A DNA stretch of 57,682 bases from Parasitella parasitica NRRL 2501 (taxonomy: Eukaryota > Fungi > Mucoromycota): the NCBI GenBank assembly GCA_025201805.1, contig MU619274.1, positions 1 through 57,682 of the forward strand. The letters run 5' to 3'. Below, piece by piece: positions 50,427 to 57,682 of this stretch; position 1 is the first letter of the stretch, and the number at the start of each line of letters is the position of its first letter. The position numbers were made by a program, and so were the translations under genes. The notes beneath the pieces were generated by a model. That model worked only from the letters and a program-made list of their open reading frames with translations, did no database searches and was not told the DNA's origin.

Positions 50427-53400
50427 ATGACAACGGCAACGCCCTTAGCACCTGAAATAGTCGATCGGTTAAAAGTTCTTCAAAATCAAGACCGCCCCAT
50501 TTCAGTAAATGAGATTCTCAAGGCTGCAAATCTGAACCATCTAACTCAGCAGCCCCACAAATCAATGTCAACTGCTATTAACAAAAAGGCATCCTCGCTG
50601 ATGGTTATGGGTAATCTAGAAAAATCAGTTTCCACGAGCACATTGGCTGAACGCAGAAGATTACCTCACAATCCCGAGAAACTGAAGCTTTACAGGCAGA
50701 TCACTACCAGTAGTAATACAATACACCAAGATAGTCAAATTCTAAAGAAGTTGCAACAGCAAAATGCAAAACTACCAACTCAGGTTAGTCTTTTTTTTTT
50801 TTTTTCTTGTATCACTGTTTGTGGAGATCAAGTCTCTTATCCTGTACAAATACAAATATTTGTAGTATTCTGAAGAATACATGGTAGCTCACTTGGACAG
50901 ACAGAATGCTCTTCTAAATGCTGATCCCAAATCTATTTGTATTGAATCAAATCGATTGCAAGCTGATTTTGACACTATTCGTAATCTTGTCAGCGATGCA
51001 ACATTTTCGCCTACAAGACAAGATTATGAGCAGTCCATCCAAGCTGTCCTAGCAAAAGCTCCCCTTACAGAGACAGATAGTGTCGAAGATTGGGACTTTT
51101 GGCAAGAAGTCGTCCGTGATTTCCCCACTGCCGTGGCAAAACTACCTCATCTGCTGGCTGCCAAACTTCGCTGCGGTGGCATTCCACATCGTATCCGTGG
51201 TGTGATATGGCAATCAATGGCACAATCTAGTTCTCTAAATCTGGAGACGCTGTACGCACGCCTTTCGGAAGAAAGCGAATCATCTTCTTATGAAAGAGTG
51301 ATTCAGCGGGATTTATCTCGCACATTTCCTCAGCTGGATATGTTTAAAGACGATGGTGGTGAAGGGCAGCAAGCAATGGGTCGTTTATTAAAAGCATACA
51401 GCCTTTATGATGCGCATGTTGGTTACTGTCAGGGACTTGCGTTCTTAGTAGGCCCTCTATTAATGACGGTAAGTAAACTACAAAGACATTCTGTATTTGG
51501 GAATACTAAGCTTACAACCTGTATCATATATTATATTTAGATGCCTGAGAAACAAGCATTTTGTGTATTTGTCAGGTGAGCTTTGTTTATCCTGCTGTTA
51601 ACAAAAAGCTAACATTATAATGGTAGACTGATGGAAACATATGAGATGAGAACCATGTTCACGCTGAATATGGAGGGTCTCCATCTGCGCTTACATCAGT
51701 TTGAGACTTTGCTTTCTCAACTTTGTCCATCTTTGGCTGCTCATTTGAATGAAAACTCTATCCATACTGCCATGTATGCATCTCAGTGGTACCTCACTTT
51801 ATTTGCTTATTCCTTCCCTATTTCGCTAGTTCTACGAATTTATGATCTGGTCTTTGCAGAGGGTGCAGTCGAAACTATCACTCGAGTAGCCATAGCAATC
51901 ATGCAAAAAAACGAAGACACATTGCTGGGAATCGATGATTTTGAACAACTTATGCTGTATCTCAGTTCTCGTAAACTGTACCAAGACGCCTACCAATCTG
52001 ATCCTGAGGCTGTTATAGAAGACACAATGGCATTGAGCGCCACTATTACCAAGCAGAAGATGGACAGTATCTCTGAAGCTTATTACCGTGAAATTGAACA
52101 AGAAAAAACTAGTGCACAACAAGTACTAGCCATTCGCCTTGGAAGCTGGGGAAATAAACCTACAGCTACAGCCACCACAAAGATAAATAAGAGAGATTCC
52201 TGGTTTTCGTGGGGCAATACTGCTGCTGCTACTGCTACTGCTGATGCTGCTACTGCTGATGCTGCTACTGCTGATGCTGCTACTGCTGATGCTGCTACTG
52301 CTGATGCTGCTACTGCTGATGCTGCTACTGCTGATGTCGATGTTTCTACTGCATCAGATGCAACTGTAGACGACAATACTAACTTGGAAAAGAACGAGCC
52401 TTGCTCATTGACAACAAGTCAAGCAGACGTTCAACAACAACAGCAACAAGATCGCGTGTTACATGAACAAATAGAGGAACTAGTTACTGCTCTATCTCAG
52501 CTCCAAAAAGAAAACACGCAGTTATCAGAAGAAATCATGACAAGGCAAATGAAAGAAATGGATTTATTATCTGAACGCAATAGCCTTTTGCAGGAAAACT
52601 CCTTGCTGGAACGAAAAGTAAACCAAATATATGGACAAGATCAGCCTAGCCCTGTTGAATCCGTAAATGGCGATACTACCACTGAAATAGCACAGATAAA
52701 CCAATTACAATCATTACAGAAACAAGCTGAATTTAGAGATTTTGTCGATTCTCTCAAAATGAGTGGAGACTTTGGTACACTCATTGCTAGTGCACTGACT
52801 GTTCAGGAACAAGAAACATCATTTGTTTTACAAGACGCAGAACAGTTGGAGCAGCTAGAACAAGCGGAACAAGCGGAACAAGCGGAACAAGCGGAACAAG
52901 CGGAACAAGCGGAACAAACGGAACAAGCAAAACAAGCAGACCAAGTAGAAGAAACAGAACAAACAGAACAAACAGAACAAACAGAACAAGCAGAACAAGC
53001 AGAACAATATCAGCAACAACTACGCCAGCAAACGCAACAGCGCCATGCCAACCTCACTAAAACTGGTTTTGACGAAATTACAGCAGAGCTGATTGCTATG
53101 AAACTGGCTAATTTTGAAATGGGCTTAAAATACCAAACTTTATGCCAAGAAAACGAGAAACTAAACAAAGAATTGAGGAATGCTGGAGAAGGCCAAGCAA
53201 CACTTGTAGACAGGATCATGTCTCTTCAAACGACCATCACTTCAATGCAGATAGATCAGGAACATATCATGCAGGAACGAGATGATTTAATACAAGAGAA
53301 TGAAGAACTCGCGGAAAAAGCATTAGCAGCCAAAAAGACGTGCGCTGATTTACAGCTGGAGAAGCTTTCTGTAGACGATGACTGCCAAAGCTTGAAGGAT

Positions 53401-53958
53401 AAAGTCAAGGAATTGGAAGATCAGCGCAGAGAATACTTGATGCCTCGAGGCTCTTTCAGTGAAGAAGTCTTTGCAGCTCATCAATCTCTATTTGGCTCGA
53501 AAACGCAAGCTCCTCTAATGAGCCGTCGTCATACAGTGCAGGCTATTAACGGCGATGGGTCTCTAAACGATATCTATCAAAAGAAGTACCTTGAATGCGA
53601 TTTACGTTGCAGAGAACTGGAGAAACTGCTGGCAGAGGCCAAGTTTAGATTGGTAGAACACGAAACAGCTGAAATCAGTAATGGTTTCAGTACTTGCACA
53701 TCTCCTCGAGCATCATTGCAGCTTAGTAGACGTCCTACATCATTCCAACACACAAAAAGGAGTTCAATTTCAATGCTTGGCAAAGTAAACAGTAACATGA
53801 TAAGTGGTGTACCTCATTCTCCTCCCTATACCGATTCAAGAGAATCTACAGACAGCCATCGCTCCTCGACCTCTTCTTGCTGTCAGCAGCAGAAAAGATC
53901 TAGTGTTTATTCTAGACTTTTTGGATTAGCCTCTGGTCCATTGCCTGAAGAATCCTGA
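50427..53958 (+). CDS. TBC-domain Rab GTPase-activating protein with long coiled coil (Evi5/Gyp5-like)
   Basis: GIPHRIRGVIW, IQRDLSRTFP, GYCQGLAF, MYASQWYLTLF, LRIYDLVFAEG, C-terminal heptads. Confidence 0.93.
52234..52335 (+). repeat. Coding 15-nt tandem repeat, (ATADA)x7
   Basis: Essentially perfect GCTACTGCTGATGCT units. Confidence 0.97.
52840..53007 (+). repeat. Coding 9-nt tandem repeat, (EQA/EQT)n
   Basis: GAACAAGCG and GAACAAACA units. Confidence 0.95.
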
Positions 53959-54187
53959 ATTAGTCATATACCACCACCCTCCCAATCAAGAGAAGTGCAT
54001 CAAAATAAACAAGCTGTCGTCATGTGTAAATTTTAATAAATAAGATTTGTTATTGAAATATACACACCATAGTGCGATTGACGAATGCGGTTCATCGTCA
54101 ATGCTATAAATTAGTCACCATAACTTGCACGTTTTACGTTTGCTTTCTTTTGATTTTTCATATCATATTTTTTTTTACAAAACAAAA

Positions 54188-55232
54188 ATGACCATTACGT
54201 CCATCATCGGCTCAGATAATAAATTTGCAAAGGAGACTAGAGACGGATTGGCCTATTTAAAGGAACTTTCTTCTAATTTAGATGGTTGGGAATTAACGCA
54301 GGAACAAAATAGCGTGAAATTGTATAGCAAGAAATTGGACAATCTTGACGACCCACCTTTAGTTCGTGGAGATACTATGCTAACTGATCTTCCTCCTGGT
54401 TGTACCCCATTTGAAGTAGCAACTGTCGCGACTTTACCTGGTTGCCGAAAAATCTGTAACATTAAAATATGTGTATTTTATGTGCACGAAGGAAACTGAA
54501 ACATGCCCAATTATTAGGGGATTCTCGTCTGGATAGCACTGAAGTTAAGGAACGATACACTAGATTTGAGCTGATGTTCTGGGTTAAACAAAAGGCGCCA
54601 TGGCCTGTTAGGTAAAACTACATGTCAATTTTACGTATATGTGTTTAAACAACTTAAAAAGCCCACGTGATTTTGTCGGTACAATGATCCGTGATAATGA
54701 ACCCAATGTGTGCTACTGCTCCATGGTCTCAGTGAAAGATGATCGATTTCCCGATACACCCAAGTCCGTTCGTGGTAAAATTCTTATTTCAGGTTGGAAA
54801 CTCTACGAAACACAAGAGAAAAACATTGGCATTACCTACATCAATCAAGTTGATCTAGCAGGCTCTATTCCTGCCGCTTTTCTTCGAAAGCTGCTGCTTG
54901 AAATTCCATTATGTGCTGGCAAAGTTCGAGATTACATTCAAGAATTTGGCTTTGTCCCTAGTTTGAAACTCGTTTCAAACAAGGTTGAATTTATTGGAGA
55001 AGAGTTTGATCATGATACCAGAACTTATACTATCGAATTAAGTGGTGATGCTCGTGAACATGAAGTTGCTCACATCACTTGTTGCTCCAAAATGTATCCT
55101 AAAGGTGTCTCGGTTGTCTTGGCGGGAGGTCAAGGTGATGTCATGCAAGATATGGATGAATTCAATAACCCTTGCATCACTTTAAAGAATCTAAACGGAA
55201 ATATCAAAGTAACTATTTCTAAAGTAAAATAA
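54188..55232 (+). CDS. START/SRPBCC lipid-binding domain protein
   Basis: CRKI-WDSR, KAPWPV-SPRDFV, VRGKILISGW, ITYINQVDLAGSIP; two introns. Confidence 0.88.
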
Positions 55233-56864
55233 CTTGGCTCATGCCTGTATGCAAAGCTTCAAAAGAGTTTTAGATTTATTTATTTATTTTTGAATAAATC
55301 CTTATTGTCAGTTATACATATCATGAGAAAGTTGTCGTAACCACTACTTTAACGTCGTTATCATGGAAAATTATTCCTGGATCGGATCTAATGCTAAATA
55401 TCGCCTGTAATATTATAATAATAGAATTAATCATGAATGATGTCTTACGTACAAAATTATTGACTTGGGGTTCTGTTTATTCCGATTACAAAGCTAAATT
55501 ATCGATGATTAATTCACATTCATAATGATTAACTTTGTAGTGTACGTATATACATAAAAGGATCTTGAAAAGTTTTCGAGATTTGATATGGTTTATTAGT
55601 ATATGATAGGATGAGAGATCATCATCTAGTTCTAATATGTTCAACTACTTATACTTTTCTACTTATTATTATATGTTCATTTACAGGTATGTCATTTATT
55701 GGTATAGCTTTAGTATTAGACCTGGGGCTTGATGTTTAATGACGCATTTCTTAAGTAGAAGGTGAGTTGAACTTGCATGTTTCTTTTTAAGTAATGATAT
55801 TTGGCAGCTGTAGCTTAATAGATCTACAGATAAGATGTTGAATCCTTAATGACCACTGTGCTGAGTTCTATACATTGTTTGATTGAGATTATAAGCTGAT
55901 TATTAACGTAAATACAGTAAGCTTATTAAATATAAATAGGTTTTTATATAGAATACTATGGTTGCCACCAGTATTGCAAATCAGTTGTCATGGCAACCGT
56001 TCCCGATCAGATCTTAAAATGTCGTCGATTATTTTGTATAATAAATAGAAGTATTCGATAGAATGTCTTGTATCAGAAGCCATCTATTTAAGTTGTATTT
56101 ATTTTAAATTACAAAACTAAACTTATCAATGAATACTTCGCATTCATAATAATTAGCTGATTAAATATAGAAATAGGTCTTGCTCTGACTATTACTGTGT
56201 TAATATCTCGTTCGACAATTAAATGTCAAATATGACCTGCAAACTGTATTTTATAGATTTATTCATATAGATTTATTCTAATATAAATAGACAGCTTCTT
56301 GTCAATCAATAAAATCAATAGTTTTGTATCTGGTAAATCGAGTCTTTATTACTTTTTTACATTCTTTATCATAAACAATCACCTGCTGTGTTTATTTTCA
56401 AGACCTGTGTTGGATTCAAAAAAAAGATGAAAACCAAGTATTAACGAGATACGAAAACTTTATGATACTTTATTTAAGATCGAAATTCCATCTGCTGTTT
56501 ATAACTTTTACAACCACATAAATTTATGGCGATTTATTTAGATTACTAATCGACAAGACTGATTCCCAATAACAATCTACTTGACAGAGTACGATGTAAG
56601 ATTATACAACAAGGGCTACCCGTCTTTGATGATGATTTGAAAGTGCCTTAACCTTTTTATCCTGGAGCTCAGATCTGTATTACTACAGGAGTACGGTATC
56701 CTTCTTGATTTGAAACAGAGACTTTTTATTCTCCAGTTTATACAAGCGTATCACATCACATCAATGGACAGTCTTCAGTCTCAATTGAAGTACATTGCCA
56801 TGATTTCCTATAATATTTATAGCAGATCAACCTGGCACAACGTATCATACGTCAAATCATCATC

Positions 56865-57535
56865 AAAATTGCTTATAATATAACTAATAGGCATCGATAT
56901 ACATAAATAGCAAAATAAACAAGCAGCCTGTCTTATGCGCCATGAGGAAACGCATCATAATCATCGCGCTATCTAAGGATAACTAAGTTTCCACTGGGCC
57001 GCAGATGATGTCTCTATCAAAAGTTTTCTGCAAAAACAGTTTTATTTCTCATTATAGTCCATCATAAATATCTGATATTTGTCCATAACTTGTGCTAAAA
57101 TGATTGTGGAACCGAGATTTAACTTGGAAAAGTTAGCATTGACTTGGCGCCATCTGGAGGACACATTTGTATCCACGTTTGCATTGAATATAGGAAGTTA
57201 TCTGCTGAAACCATACGAAATTGCATATAAAAGCTGACAGGCTATGATAAAAATTAACATCATGCCTGTTTTGTACATCATGAGAACAGGCATGATAATC
57301 GCTATCTGAGCATGACTTTTTTCCACTGGCTGATGTCTCTACCAAAATTTATCAGCAAAACTGATTTTTATTTCATTGATTTCTTTCAAAAATATGAAAA
57401 TATAAAATGATTATGTGAAATTATGCGGCGAAATGATTGAAATTGCATATAATCGCTGATAGACTTTGTTAAAGAGCAAAATCAACCCTGTCTTCTGCGC
57501 GATTAAACAGGCATAATCATCGCTATTTATGAACA
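56865..57535 (+). repeat. Tandem array of about three degenerate copies of the ~350-bp repeat family
   Basis: AAATTGC.TATAA core recurs at ~56867, ~57218 and ~57440, each followed by CCTGT.TT...ATCGC(GC)TAT. Confidence 0.8.
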
Positions 57536-57544
57536 CAGCAACGT

Positions 57545-57682
57545 TGGTGATTTATCAGAATGAGAAATTTTTCAAATAAAACGGTTATGAATTAATCAGG
57601 TAAAGATCTCGTTTATTACATGGAAAAAATGATGGTTTATATACTAGTGAATCTAAGTGGACTGATGGGAGGATAAGATATA
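57545..57682 (-). mobile_element. 3' end of a second LTR copy, inverted, truncated by the window edge
   Basis: Reverse complement matches ~1104-1240 with about five differences and ends ATCACCA. Confidence 0.85.

Noticed and set aside
56644-56740. U12-like motifs CCTTAAC and GTATCCTT
   Set aside because: They are in the wrong order for one intron, and no host reading frame could be built. No U12-type donor was seen in the introns I checked.

Overview
Gene-dense, intron-rich, AT-rich fungal genomic DNA with short (~50-70 nt) GT-AG introns. Gene content and style fit an early-diverging fungus, most likely Mucorales (inference). About 21 protein-coding genes can be assembled by hand: an I9 protease inhibitor missed by the ORF track, CCS1, prefoldin 2, a small Kex2-type secreted precursor, ATG18, a USP30/Ubp16-like deubiquitinase, DDX41, a SAM-HMG protein, a small winged-helix-like orphan, a BCS1-like AAA ATPase, glyoxalase II, a ~2745-aa CH + spectrin-repeat + GAR protein, RPS11, a secreted L-amino-acid oxidase, an Osm1-type fumarate reductase, a KHA1 antiporter, TRR1, SKT5/CHS4, an Ash1-like GATA protein, an Evi5/Gyp5-like RabGAP and a START protein. 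Both ends of the window are repeat islands that carry near-identical LTR-like sequences in inverted orientation and a shared degenerate ~350-bp repeat family. The most striking item is the giant protein with spectraplakin-like architecture, a cytolinker class usually described as animal-specific. All gene models and domain calls were made by eye and have not been confirmed by database search.
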